Of a stretch of 64,000 nucleotides of DNA, positions 14,401 to 25,900 are shown piece after piece. The first letter of the stretch is position 1. Each line of letters starts with the position of its first letter. The translations under genes were made by a program, and so were the position numbers. The notes beneath the pieces are model-generated. The model worked only from the letters and a program-made list of their open reading frames with translations. It had not been told where the DNA came from and made no database searches. Source of the stretch: Tubiluchus corallicola (Eukaryota; Animalia; Priapulida); the NCBI GenBank assembly GCA_030141605.1, contig JAQGDQ010000269.1, positions 247,541 through 311,540 of the forward strand, in the 5' to 3' direction.

Positions 14401-16457
14401 TGTTGAAGAAAATGTTCAATGCGGCAATGCTACGTCAATACCAGTAGTAACTGAAGCTGAAACAGTTGTTACTGGTAGTCAGTCTCTGACTGTTGAAGCT
14501 GAGCAATACAGAACTTCAATTTCAAAGATTGTTCCAGAATTCAAAGTTCCGCTCTCGCGAGACCGAGTAAGTGTAATTTTTTGTCCGTGGAATGTTGTCA
14601 TTTAATATCAGTCTTGAGAAGTTCGTTTGTCAAAAAAGGTGATGCTTGACATATAGTGAGTTAGTATAAAATTTCATAATTTCATTAGATGCAGTATAGA
14701 TGGAAAATTTATACTAATGTCTACCTGACTGTTTTATTACTCAACACAATCTTTGTTTTTGATAGTTGAAACTGTAGATAAACCCCATTAGGCAAAACAT
14801 TGTAGAAATTTGTCATCTAGTTTGTGTCTGATACAAAATGGGGTTTGTATTTACTATATAGATCATTATGAGTGCTGTCCTGCTATAGCTATTTGTGAGG
14901 ATTTTTTTATATATATCAGCATAGGTTGTGAAATTTTCTGAAGATAATACTGATGTTTTTCTGTAAATTTTTATGATAATGAGTTTTTTAATCATTTTGT
15001 ATTTCAGCTGTTATAACCTTAAAGGTTTCTTGGTTATCAACACTAGGGTGCATAGTCAAATATGTTCATTGTGCATCTACTCTACTAATTCATAAGACAT
15101 GTTGTTATGAGTTTATAGGGGTATGACTTGTGAAATAGTAAGTGTTTATTCCAGGTATCATGAATTTAGTAAGGTGTGATTAGTAAAATAGAAACTGTTT
15201 GTTCCAGGTGGCTAAATCATTGAGGTTTGGTGACTCGCCGCTACAAAAACTTGATGGCGGACATACGTTTGCAACATTGGTTGATTCTCCTGTGTTATCT
15301 GTGCAGGACGAAGAATTCACAACTGCTGAGCCAAAAGAACTACCCCAGACTAGGTAATTAATAAAAACTTGCTAATTCTTTTATATACGTGTTTTTTTAA
15401 GTTTGTCCTAGTAAATGCTTAAACTATTATCTTGATTTCTATCTTTAAATTTTGGTTGTTTTCAGTGATATTCGAAGAGTGACATTTGCCACTGTACCAA
15501 GCAGAGAAAAGAGACGATTGCTTCATCGTGGCCAGTCTTATTCTCACACGAATCTACAAAATCTTAATCGAAACCAGGGTAGCCAAAACCGATTACCTAA
15601 AACTAACACACCCAACACTGCACAGCATGGTGTGTTGACAACTTGGAACAACAACTTCAGTCACACTGAAAACAAAACCTCAGAGGCATTGAAGCGGCTA
15701 GGAATACCGTCCCTTGTTGAGAGTTATTCACACGGTATAAAACTCACTTATCCTTTTCTCTGACTTCCACAGTGAATTCTCTATTCTGTGATGTGAAATT
15801 TCTGAATCTTGGATCCAACTTTGGCATGTGACTTAAGCATTTCTGTCGTTTTGCATTTTCAGGAAAATCGCATCCAGGTTACATGTCAATGACAGCATCG
15901 TCAAAGTTCAAGCGCTATAAGCACCGAAGGTAAGTTGTGTGGATATAACCTACTACTTATGTCTTCTCCTTTAATCCCTCATTTTCAATCTCTCTCTCTC
16001 TTTAATGCTGGTGCTCCCTCTTTTTAGTCACTTTCTCCGTCTCTCTTGTTTTTCTCTGTCTCTCTTTTCTGTCTTTTCTCTCTGTTCTTCTTACATTTTG
16101 TCTTTCATTTTCTGGTTTTTATATTAAATTTTGTGCTTCAATTTTCCTTTAGGTCATTGTCGTCCGGTGAGAATCACCTGCCAGGAACTGGAAGCAAAGG
16201 AATGTGCCGTGCGCCACTTGCCAAAATGCAGGAAACAAGTCAACAAGACAAGCAAAAGCCCAGATTTCATAAACCTCTGTACGTATAAAATTATTGTGTC
16301 TTTCTTTATAATTTTGGTTCTGTTTTATTACAAATGCTCAATTATCATTTTTGAAGCTTGTGAAAATTTTTGTATTTGCATAAAATACAACCGGTTTGCT
16401 TTTACTTTCAGGTCTCGTAGCAAGTCATTCAGCACCGTGGCACGCAAGATCAGATAA
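1..16457 (+). CDS. KIF18A: Kinesin-8 family motor, KIF18A/KIF18B-like (5' partial; ~1193 aa in window, 19 exons)
   Basis: Exons 1-81, 1351-1534, 2745-2902, 3761-3976, 4460-4657, 5307-5483, 6122-6309, 7351-7516, 8434-8708, 9346-9472, 10607-10721, 12912-13079, 13343-13425, 13775-14566, 15208-15353, 15466-15734, 15863-15929, 16153-16278, 16412-16457. All introns are GT-AG with matching phases (3582 nt including stop). Motor motifs: [11 protein letters not shown] (P-loop), SSRSHAVFQ (switch I), IDLAGSER (switch II), [22 protein letters not shown]18-type features: [15 protein letters not shown] neck, IAWADQT, GYMSMT tail. Confidence 0.93.
1351..1534 (+). CDS. KIF18A: KIF18-like exon (AEQSPGFF...FGFDHVF...GFNCS)
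   Basis: TTTTAAG| acceptor, G|GTACGA donor; kinesin FDxVF motif. Confidence 0.9.
2545..2744 (+). repeat. Dispersed repeat shared with 8055-8250
   Basis: GTTATCTAA...AAAATGGCTG...CATCCCGGGAGTT...TTGCTGCTAA...TAATAAGGCAGT in both. Confidence 0.6.
2745..2902 (+). CDS. KIF18A: KIF18-like P-loop exon ([17 protein letters not shown]...SYLE)
   Basis: TTGCAG| acceptor, GAG|GTAAAC donor. Confidence 0.95.
3761..3976 (+). CDS. KIF18A: KIF18-like switch I exon ([10 protein letters not shown]...SSRSHAVFQ)
   Basis: TTGCAG| acceptor, CAG|GTATTT donor. Confidence 0.95.
4460..4657 (+). CDS. KIF18A: KIF18-like switch II exon (IDLAGSER...[14 protein letters not shown])
   Basis: TTTCAG| acceptor, CGG|GTAAGT donor. 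Confidence 0.95.
5307..5483 (+). CDS. KIF18A: KIF18-like exon ([19 protein letters not shown]...TLKYADRAK)
   Basis: TTTCAG| acceptor, ACA|GTAAGT donor. Confidence 0.95.
5885..6150 (+). repeat. 40-bp tandem repeat (~6.5 copies) spanning the 3' splice site of the kinesin neck exon
   Basis: Unit ~CTGAAATGCAATGTTACGAATGTTGAAATTCTCTTTGTAG; AG ends at 5921, 5961, 6001, 6041, 6081, 6121. Confidence 0.93.
6122..6309 (+). CDS. KIF18A: KIF18-like neck/coiled-coil exon ([25 protein letters not shown]...)
   Basis: Last AG of the 40-bp array is the only acceptor giving an open frame; AG|GTAAAT donor. Confidence 0.88.
7351..7516 (+). CDS. KIF18A: KIF18-like stalk exon
   Basis: GGCAG| acceptor (phase 2), GAG|GTGAGT donor. 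Confidence 0.85.
8434..8708 (+). CDS. KIF18A: KIF18-like stalk exon (coiled coil)
   Basis: TTGTAG| acceptor, AG|GTAAAC donor. Confidence 0.85.
9346..9472 (+). CDS. KIF18A: KIF18-like stalk exon
   Basis: CTAAG| acceptor (phase 2), CAG|GTAAGC donor. Confidence 0.83.
10005..10468 (+). repeat. Dispersed repeat family, copy 1 (also 46308-46770 minus and 52028-52150 plus)
   Basis: Shared core ATTTCGCCATTCGTTAGTTAGATGG and colinear flanks. Confidence 0.75.
10607..10721 (+). CDS. KIF18A: KIF18-like exon (IAWADQT...)
   Basis: TTGCAG| acceptor, G|GTGAGT donor; WADQ matches the KIF18A KVVVWADQ segment. Confidence 0.85.
10700..11118 (+). repeat. ~35-bp degenerate tandem repeat (~12 copies) spanning a kinesin 5' splice site
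   Basis: Unit ~TGTGTGTCGCTTACACCTGCCGGTAAGTGTTAGAC; the first copy is the real exon end plus donor. Confidence 0.88.
11474..12281. mobile_element. Decayed pogo/Tigger-like MITE in kinesin intron
   Basis: Imperfect TIRs CGGTCAAACTTCGTTATAATGCC ... GGCAGTATAATGACGCTCGACTG with internal GGCxTTATA sub-repeats; flanks TG/CA may be mutated TA. Confidence 0.6.
12912..13079 (+). CDS. KIF18A: KIF18-like tail exon
   Basis: TGATAG| acceptor (phase 1), T|GTATGT donor (phase 1). Confidence 0.75.
13343..13425 (+). CDS. KIF18A: KIF18-like tail exon (LLEKSPL...RKSK)
   Basis: TTTCAG| acceptor, AAG|GTACGT donor; restores phase 0. Confidence 0.75.
13775..14566 (+). CDS. KIF18A: KIF18-like large S/P/T-rich disordered tail exon
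   Basis: 792-nt open frame; TTGTAG| acceptor, CGA|GTAAGT donor. Confidence 0.85.
15208..15353 (+). CDS. KIF18A: KIF18-like tail exon ([11 protein letters not shown]...)
   Basis: TTCCAG| acceptor, AG|GTAATT donor. Confidence 0.78.
15466..15734 (+). CDS. KIF18A: KIF18-like tail exon (DIRRVTF...)
   Basis: TTTCAG| acceptor (phase 2), G|GTATAA donor. Confidence 0.78.
15863..15929 (+). CDS. KIF18A: KIF18-like tail exon ([17 protein letters not shown])
   Basis: Resembles the KIF18A PSYMAMT...KRK tail; AG|GTAAGT donor. Confidence 0.8.
16153..16278 (+). CDS. KIF18A: KIF18-like penultimate coding exon
   Basis: TTTAG| acceptor, CT|GTACGT donor (read-through would stop at 16288). Confidence 0.7.
16412..16457 (+). 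CDS. KIF18A: KIF18-like last coding exon ([14 protein letters not shown])
   Basis: TTTCAG| acceptor in phase; TAA at 16455-16457; AATAAA signals near 17163 and 17181. Confidence 0.65.
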
Positions 16458-17221
16458 TGTAATCGCTGTGTGAAACGAACAAAAAACAATCGATTACTGA
16501 GTGTGTGTGTATATATTGCTTTTTAGAGCATCGTGTTGGTTCTTGCACTATGTTGGTGCATTGTGAGCTTGCCTAAGTTCTTAACCTCGTAATTATCGCT
16601 GCCAAGCAAATAATCAGTGCTTCCCAGTTTCACTGACTGATATGAACATTTCCAGTATTTTAAACCGCGTGACGGTTTAAGTCTTATGACTTGTCTGATC
16701 GGTTTTGCCAGAGTTTGCTTGATAATCCATTAATGTACAATGTAAATAATTCTGCCCAATAAGTGTCAAAAAGAAATGAGTAGCTTTGTTTCTTCAATAA
16801 GGTAAAGAATTTTCCTCAACAATAATTGATTGTTTTGTTGATGCCTTTTGCAGTCCATTATTTATAGTGTTCCTGAAAGTGATGGTGTGATTTGTATTTG
16901 TCTTTTTGTTAAATTGTTTTGTTGTTGAAATGTTGCTTGAATAGATGCAAAAAGTGAACTTGTAGTTTGCACTAAGCTATCATGTAAAAGATACATTAGC
17001 TGTGTTGTTTGAAATGATTTAAACAGCATTTACTATAATAGTAATTATAAGAAAAAATTGTAGTTCTGCTTTTTGCTGTAGTTGCACTGTATAAAATACC
17101 TTGTTTTGGTGTATTACTAATGTCTCACAAAATTAAATAATGGAGATCAAGTAATCACACGAAATAAACTGTCCTATAATAAATAAATTGTTGTATTCTA
17201 ATCTAGAAAATCTTTTTTTTC

Positions 17222-17466
17222 ATGACATTTTGTCATTGAAATTGCAACAAACCATCAAGAAATGATTAATTTACACTAATAATATAGTCTGTACTGTGCT
17301 ATATTCATGTAAAGCCTGATTTTGCACAAAAGCAATGACATTAAAGAATTTCATTTAGATTGTACCAAGACATCAAATATTATTAATTTATACTGGTAAT
17401 ATAGTCTGCACTGCTACATTCGTGTAGTCTGATTTCAGACAAAAACAACGACAACTAAAGAATTTG
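17222..17466 (+). repeat. ~115-bp imperfect tandem duplication downstream of kinesin poly(A) signals
   Basis: ATGACATT...TAATATAGTCTG(T/C)ACTG...CTGATTT...CAAAA occurs twice. Confidence 0.65.
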
Positions 17467-18559
17467 CTGTTAATAAATGTTACTGCATGGTAGTCTCATT
17501 AGTCGTAGTCATTTCATGTCATTTAGACCTTTTATAACTCGTGGCAATTGTTCAGATATTTTGTAATTATAGTTTATTGTTTAGTTATAAAGTGCAATAT
17601 CTCAGCTTAGAAGCAATGTACAGACCTGATATTGATATCAAAATGCTCGCCACCCAAATGGTCTGCTGTTTAAGAATATGGCAATAAATCAGATTTTATA
17701 ATATGAGCTAAATGATCAATTTTGCCCTCTCAACACACAATTGTTTTAACAGTTTCTGATTGCTGCCAATTTATTGTTTACTAAGTCTACAACAAACTAG
17801 ATAGGCAACTACAACAAACTAAATAGGGAACTAATCAATGCTAAAGAAGAAATGTCATAATAATTGCCGTTATTATTAAATATTTGTTTTTTCTTCTGTA
17901 AAAAACGCGAATCCTATACCGTCTCAGTGACAGTGGGTCAATGATCTTTTGGACAGGGTGCACAGTATGGCTGGTTAGCAAAGTGGTGCGGTGTATCGTA
18001 GCAAGGCGGGATTTTGAGCAAGACTACACCAGGAAAAAACATGGCAGCTTACAGTTGTAATATATGTGGAGAGTATTAACATTAAAAATCTCATTATTGT
18101 TTTCGCATTTTTGGACTACGAAAAAATATTATGGAACAGGAAAGCGATCAGGTAGGGAGCAAATATTTGGTAAGGTGAAGTGCTTATGTATTTGTTTTTG
18201 TAAGTCGCTTTGGATTAGAGTTTTGAGAAACAGTGAGTAAGAACTAGGGTTAGATGAGTGTACATGACTTGAGATGAAATTCACAGTTGCAATCACGTAA
18301 AGCGGCACTAAAAGTAACTAACCAAATCAGGATGGAGTGAAGGTCCTGGACCACAAGCCGTGCTGCATAGGCACGTCCATTTGAGTAAGCTAGGGTCACA
18401 TTCATGGTGGTTACTGGTAGTTTTCTTTTAAGTAATTGCTCGTTAGTTTGTAAATGCATTTAATAATTGCTTCTGTCGACACTAGTTCTTGCATCTTCAT
18501 GGTTGCCATGTTGTGAGTTGATGCGATTTGTAAATTATTTTGTGACAATGGCCTATACG

Positions 18560-20400
18560 CTCAAGCAATACCCTATACCCTCTTAATGCGCTCAGAATTT
18601 CCAGCAGTGTGTAAACAAGCAAACATAACTCCAATACACAAGAAAGATGCTAAAGATGACGCAAAAAACTACAGACCAATTTCAGTAGTGCATGTACTAG
18701 CCAAAGTATTTGAAAGAGTTATCTACAACCAAATAAATCATTACATTGAAAATAATAAGTTACTGTCAAATCAATTCGGTTTTAGAAAACTACATTCTAC
18801 AATAGACGCAATAATTGATGCCACTGAAAAGTGGCGTTACAACTTAAATAAAAACAAATATATAACAGCAGCATTTTTAGATCTAAGTAAAGCTTTTGAC
18901 AGCCTCGATCACAATTTACTACTAGACAACTTACGCCAACTAGGATTCGATTATACTTCTCTCAAACTAATTAATAATTACCTACACAATAGAAAACAAA
19001 GAGTCAAGTTGAACAAACACACTTTTTCAACATGGGACACACCACAGAGCGGCATCCCGCAAGGTACGATATTAGGTCCTTTACTCTTTTGTTTATATGT
19101 TAATAAAATTCATTTAGTTTTACATAATTCAGACTTAACACAATATGCCGATGATACAACTATCTATACAGCACACGCAGACTTTCTAACATCAAAAAAT
19201 AATCTAGAAAAAGACATAACAAATATAAATGCAGCATTTAACTATTTTGGTTTAAAAATGAATGATGATAAGACAGAATTTATGGTAATATCACCCAAAT
19301 CAAATGACATTACTTCTTAGGCAACACTAAAAGTAGGTGACTGTTCCATAGAACAAGCAAAAAATGTAAAATTTTTAGGCATTACTGTCGATAATAAACT
19401 CACTTGGGATGAACAGTTTCAACAAATACACAACAAGATGGCATTAAGCACGGCATTCTTACGCCAAACCAGAGGCCATCTGACCAAGTAAACAAAAATT
19501 CTCATCTACAAAAGTCTAATATTACCACATTATCTGTATGGTTGCACTTTACTTCAAAACTTTAAGAATGAAAACTTTAGAAAACTAAATACAATGCAAA
19601 ACTACGCACTTAGATTAATTCATGGCTATTCTAATAAAACTGCTAAACAACATGCTGCATCTGCAACAAGCTTAAGAACGTCCTCAAAAATACCAATATT
19701 AGAAGCCTATCGAGATTACAAAACACTGATATTTCTTTATAAATATATCAACAAACTGAGCATTCCATTTATAAACAATCCCTTAGCATTCATTCCTGAT
19801 ACCACTTTAAACAATAGAACACACAATTTAAAGCAAATTACAGTAAACAAAAAATTTGGAAATAACTCTATATCAAAACAGGCCATACATTTATGGAACT
19901 TACTACCCAGTGAAATAAAACTAATAGAATCTCTCTACCACTTTAAAAAGAAATTAAAAGAATATCAATATAACAGGTTTCAACTTCCACATTGTGCATC
20001 TGATACTAATTACACAGACTCAATTTTCATCTACCCCCGCCCCTAACTCCATAAAGCGATTAAAAATGTAAAATAAAAAAAAATATGTAATGTAAAACAT
20101 GTTTCTGTTGTGTCATGTTAAATGTATATATAGTGTAAAATATGTCTTGTAAAATTTAATGTTTTTTTTTTGTAATATTGTTTTGTAAAAATATTTTAAT
20201 ATTGTGTTTGTAAATATGTTCATTTATTGTATATAATTAGGCCTTAGTTTTACACTTTAGTTTTTTTTTAGTCTGCACTGGACGCATTTGTCTTGAACAG
20301 TGTTGTTTTTAACATTACGCTGAGGATTACTCAATTTTATTGTAATGAGTGAACCATTTTAATGACAAATAAAGAATTTATATATATATATATATATATA
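18560..20400 (+). mobile_element. 5'-truncated CR1/L2-group LINE with reverse transcriptase; two in-frame nonsense codons
   Basis: NYRPIS, QFGFR, FLDLSKAFD, GIPQGTILGPLLF, QYADDT, KFLGITVDNKLTW, LWNLLP motifs in one frame (18586-20046); stops at 19318-19320 and ~19488-19490; 3' UTR ends AAATAAA...(TA)n. Confidence 0.93.
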
Positions 20401-20656
20401 CTGCAAACTACTCGAGTAAGGTAACTTACTCTCGTAGATCTAGCAGAGTATGGATCCATTGCTTGTGTAGGTATGGCCTGTTGGTTCTAGCTTGTCATAT
20501 GTGGCTGTAGGTGCATCATGTGAAGGGTACAGCTAAGCCTCAAAACCATGGTAAAAACTGATTGTTGCTCAATTTTTAGAAGCACCTGACCCTGGGTGTC
20601 CTCATTGTAATTTGTGTTTTTTTGCATTTGTGCTGTTCCGTTACTTTGGATATCAA

Positions 20657-21705
20657 CTCAATTCAATTCAATTTATTTATTGACTCCGCAAGAATGATCA
20701 AAATACAGTATCAGGAGTACATGCAATATTTCGAAGCAAAGGAGAAGGGCAGCAAAGAACCCGTAGGTTATCTAGTCAGCCACCCTTCAATAGCTATGAT
20801 TAAATAAAATTAACTACGGCATTGTTCTCAATTTAAATTTGTATTCGGTTGATGTGTATAATTGGCAATTAAATGATGGATATCGTAATACTGTAGGACA
20901 TAATAATTTAAATAATGAAAGATTTACAATTCTAAAATACTGTGAATCATGCGAAACAAACACAATAAAAATAACTTAAAGTTTTTAACATAACAGAAAA
21001 TGCATAATTTGAGCATTAACTAAAAAATCTGGCAAGAAAACAAAAAACAGTAGAATGATCAACCAAAGCTGTTGAGAAAAAAAAATATAATAAATTAAAC
21101 CAAGGAAAAATAAGGCAAATATAAATCATACAAAACAAAACAAAAAAAATACAGAAGCAAATAAGAAAAAACAAAACTGAAATGTTGTAATAATAACATC
21201 AATGACTGAAGTTGTCGAGAAAGAAAATATAATAAATTAAACCATCGAAAAACTATATCAACTGTAAATCAGACAAAATGAAATCAAAATATAGCAAAAA
21301 CTTAAACAAAAACTTAAAGTGTCGTAACAATGAAAAAAATATGTATAGGTATTACAAGTACATAAGTAAAATGTCTCATTTATTTGTATCCTGCAATAAG
21401 TTGTTTTTTATAGTTTAGAATTAACTTTTTGTAGTTACTTGACTTTAACTGGTCTGATAATGAATTCCACAGCAAAGTTCCTTGGTGTTTTAAAGAATTC
21501 TGGCCTTTAGATGAGTTAAATCTTTCAATAAAATAAGATTGGGTGGTAGCAAACCTAGTAGAATGGTGATGCATGTGACATGCTAAAGTATAATAATTGC
21601 TAAAGAGATCCGGAAGTGAATTATTTTTGAATTTATATACAAACTTGAGCAATTCTAATTTATACAGATCATATACTTTTAGTAGATTTAATTGCAAATA
21701 CACTA
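20657..21705 (-). mobile_element. 3' fragment of a second CR1/L2-group LINE
   Basis: ORF 21380-21715 (LKFVYK...LPDLFSNYY...HSTR...GTLLWNSL) is typical of LINE ORF2 C-termini; minus-strand tail AATAAATAAA(TTGAA)n at ~20657-20681. Confidence 0.8.
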
Positions 21706-21866
21706 CATATATCAACTACAACTGTAGGGACCTAACAGCAACAATATTTTACTTTTGATTTTCCTAGTCTTCTAAAGAAAGAAAGAAAAAATTTGTTAAT
21801 TTTATACATGCACTTTATACTATTGAATTTTCTGCATTCAGATTAAGTGGCAATTGAATTTATGTA

Positions 21867-22658
21867 CAGTCTAGCCTCGTTATCTCGCCACTGTCCGTCT
21901 AGGGCAAATTTTTGGCGAGAGGCGAGTATGGCGAGATAACGGGAATGTAACGAAGTTAGTCTATATGTATATACATAATAGTTGATTAACATAGTGTTCC
22001 TCTATGTACATATAAAATATATTTCGCATTATGATACCAATCAACATTGAATCAGAAATGAAAAAATGTCATAAAAATAATCTTAGAATGTTACTTTTTT
22101 ATTTAAAAAACCTTTTTCGAGTATACACTTAAATGCAATAAACTTAGCAAAAGATTTAGAAATGTTCACAAATGAGTTACTGACGACTGAAATAATTCAG
22201 AAGAGACGACTGTTTCATTGATGATACATGCAAGCAGTCAACACGACGTTTAACTCAAACTTAAACGCAGCTTTGGTGTTATAGAGTAAGGATATCGGTG
22301 ACGCTTTAGTTTCTCTGCGCATTAACCAACCACAGCACTTCTAATCTAATCCTGGTGAGACACACACTAGATTAATTATGTCTGTCTATCAAGCACAGCG
22401 GCATTGTCTACATACCGCGGTTATATTGATCGACATGCGGTATATGTATTGATCGATTCACCCCTGAGTTTGTCTGTTTGGCGACATAACGAATATAGTT
22501 TACATAAGCACTCATCCTAGCATGACTTGGCGAGGGCGAGAAGCGAGGGTGGTGACTTAACGAGGTAAATATCAAAGCAGGAAATCCGTCATGGCACTTT
22601 CTATGGCGAGAGACGAGTTTGGCGGCATAACGAGGGGTGAGATAACGAGGCTAGACTG
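21867..22658. mobile_element. pogo/Tigger-like (Tc1-mariner superfamily) MITE
   Basis: Perfect 20-bp TIR CAGTCTAGCCTCGTTATCTC / GAGATAACGAGGCTAGACTG flanked by TA on both sides; subterminal GGCGAG/ATAACG repeats. Confidence 0.9.
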
Positions 22659-22920
22659 TATTTTATTTCGTTTGTAATAGTTCAGCTTATCCTTTTTTTA
22701 AATTGCTCATTATAGTGTTTGTCTTTACAAAACAAGTATTTGTGATATATAAGACCGTTGCTAAGTAACAACCATCATGTAGCACGAGTATTGATCAACG
22801 AAGAATTGTACTCTTGTAATATAAGCTTTATTTATTTTGAGTGAATTTACAATACAATTCAAAACAAGTCCTAGTCATTTTTCCGAGTGCAGAAAAATGT
22901 AGTGCATTTTAGTTAGGTTC

Positions 22921-22924
<4 letters not shown>

Positions 22925-22962
<38 letters not shown>

Positions 22963-22978
22963 ATGCGTGCGTGCGTGA
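22925..22978. repeat. (GT)n microsatellite
   Basis: Direct observation. Confidence 0.95.
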
Positions 22979-25900
22979 TTGCATAGCAAAATCGTCCATA
23001 AGTCGGCAATTTTCTACTTATTCACACATACTGAATCTCGGATACCAAGCTCATCGCTGTATGTTATTTCAAAGCTGAGATAATCCACGTTGAAGTTGAG
23101 CTGCAGGCTATGCACTAAAAAACGTAACCTTGCAAAAATCGCTGTTAAAGTTAGCCATTATTAACACTTAGCAACCACGCAAATGTTGGTTGCGACTGAC
23201 TTTGTAAGAACACATTACAGGTATGCTTAAATCCAGTAGATGGCCCTTCCTGATGAAGATCTAAGCTTGGCAACAGAAAAAACCCAAAGAAAAATTACTG
23301 CTTCCGCAAGCTACTATCGGAGTTTGAAAATACAAGTTTTTTACAATTACATTATTAGTTTCTAGTCAGAAAAGTATGTATGGGGTTATAAAATTAAGTT
23401 TTTAGTATTTTTTACTATTTTTTAGTTGAATACTAATATTACAATACGTTATATTAAAATAATGTATGCATATCTACCTTATTCAGGTACCACAGCAACA
23501 AATTATGTGCATTGCACATATATGCTTGTTTTTGTAAAGCAAATTACACGGTGTTTGAGCTGTGTTTAAATTATTAACAGCATACTATTTATGCTTCTAT
23601 CAGTATTTTTAAATCGTGCAATGTAAATTGTTTGAAATTTACTGCCATGGCACTTATAATATTAGCAAAACTTTGCCATTTAATGCTGTGTGGAAACAAG
23701 GCGTATCAACATTTCACGATGCCCTCAGCTGATAGTTCTGTTCTGCCCATCTCTATTGTTAATTTGTGGTTGATTATTTAACGAGAATATTAAACAATTA
23801 CTTGTGGGGCATTAGAAACACTATTAACCTAGTTTCTACGTGGTCGTTATTAATTACCATTTATTTGCATAGTCCTTATATTCAAGGAGGCTGCACAGCT
23901 TGTTGTGTAATACTTATGATATGATTGTTATGTGGACTTATATAAAAACTGAGTTCAGTAACTGCCTGTGGTGTGTTATAAAATGTGCCCTTTTCATGAA
24001 TATGAAAGTATACATATTTTCCGAAGAGGATAAGAATTTTTTCTAAAATGTGACGCCCTTCAAACTTTAGCGCCTTAGGCTATAACCTAGTTAGCCTATT
24101 GGTCAATACACCCTTGTGTGGAAAGGAGCTTAAATTTTGTTCTTATTATTGTCCCAACGGATGGCGCTATATGCATTGCACAGTATGCAAAGATGATTAT
24201 AGCACCTGTGATGCCGTCTGTTAAGATTACTTGTAAAATAAATAGAACTAACTCTCTTCTCAAGTTTCAGTCCTAGATATCCTTCCTGTATGCATGCTTG
24301 TAGATGTCATTTTCCTACCATGAGCACCATGTATGGTAATAATTTTCCCGTCATTTTAATTACGTTCGTTACTTCCAACCTATTTACGAAATTTGAATAT
24401 TAACTTGCATAAGTTTGTATATATTTTGGTTATAATTATATGCTCGCAAAGCGTATTTTCTTGTCGATGTTTACCGTGTAAAGTGGGCGTTGTTTATAGT
24501 ACCACGAGTTGTGTTATGCTGGCTTATCCTGACCAGATCATGGACGTGCATTCCTGGTTTCATCCTCTCCGGGTCATCTGCTCCTGTGTGACGTTTACTG
24601 CACTGGGTAGAACCGCTTTCAGTCTTGGAGCACGATTTTCTTGTATCGTGGGCTATAAATTTCCGACGGTTTGTTTATTGGCGAGAATTTTCTATAATGT
24701 GTTGCGTGATGATAAACATTGAAATTCGCTGTTTTGAAAGGGCATCTTTAGCTTTAATGAAAGTCGTGTGAAAGACCAGGAAAGAAAATAACTGGCAAAC
24801 ATGCTTTTAACTTCGTGCTGAAAGGTTTATTGTAATTTTCTCGAAGCAGTGTAGTGGGTTAATTGGAAAATTTCAATTTGGCAACTTGCCAATTTCGGGA
24901 CTTGTGCCGTACAAGGCATGTTCTGACGGACAAAATAGTGCTGTGCGCGATCTCTTACCTACATCTGGCATTTAAATAAAATAGATTTATTAAATGTACC
25001 ACATTTTGCTTCTTCCTCATCGGCTACTTCTGGCAAAGGCTCAGGTTTTGCTTAATTGTTGGTCTAATATATATATATCTTAATGACGGAATAATCTACA
25101 ACCGTTTTTAAGTGAGTTCGAGCTAAGCAAGAGTCTAAATTTTTCATATGAGCTGCTTTCTTAACATTTGCAGGTAATGGCACCGCTCAGATCTTATCAT
25201 TGTGCAAAGTGGTACCTGACTTATAGAGGCGTTCAATTGTGTGGTCTATAGAGAAAGAATTGCTGCTAATTGCTAAAAACTCTTTTCAAGCTTATTATAT
25301 ATTTTTTAATTTAATTGAGTTTAGTTACAGTTTGGTTCACTGTTCGGACTTCGTATAAAACTTTAATTCTTTAGAACTGGAGTTCAAATTTGGCGTGAGC
25401 TGTGTGTAGTAAAATGCCGATTAGACTCGCTGCTTTGTTCGGGTTTTCTGTGGGCCTACTAAGCTGCTACTTATTTTTAACCTATTTGTTTGTCGGACGC
25501 TTAACCCATTCTGTAACTAAGCTGGAAGGTTTAATAAGTATCATTACTCATACAAGATATTGAATCGCGTCCCGAGTGCCTTATAACATTTTAGAGCTTA
25601 TGCGGGTACCTTTCGATTATTCTTTCTCCAATTTATTAAAAACATGAAGGAGCGGAGAGCTCATTACTTAATACGATCTACTGATTGGTAGTCTTGGGTA
25701 TAGTTTTAGCCCAGTTTTGTTCCACTTATTCGTTCGTTTCTGACATGCTGTGTAAATAAATTAACTTGATTTTATTCTACAAATATCATGCGTAGTAGGT
25801 GTTCCTGTCACACAATCACTGAAGATAGTTTTTTGCGAGGATTAATTAGTAGCAGACGTCATTGAGCAAACGCAGTGAAATTGCTTTACTTGATCTGCCA

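Noticed and set aside
24393-24722. 109-aa ORF as CCDC91 first exon
   Set aside because: No family similarity and no convincing in-phase donor to join 29705.
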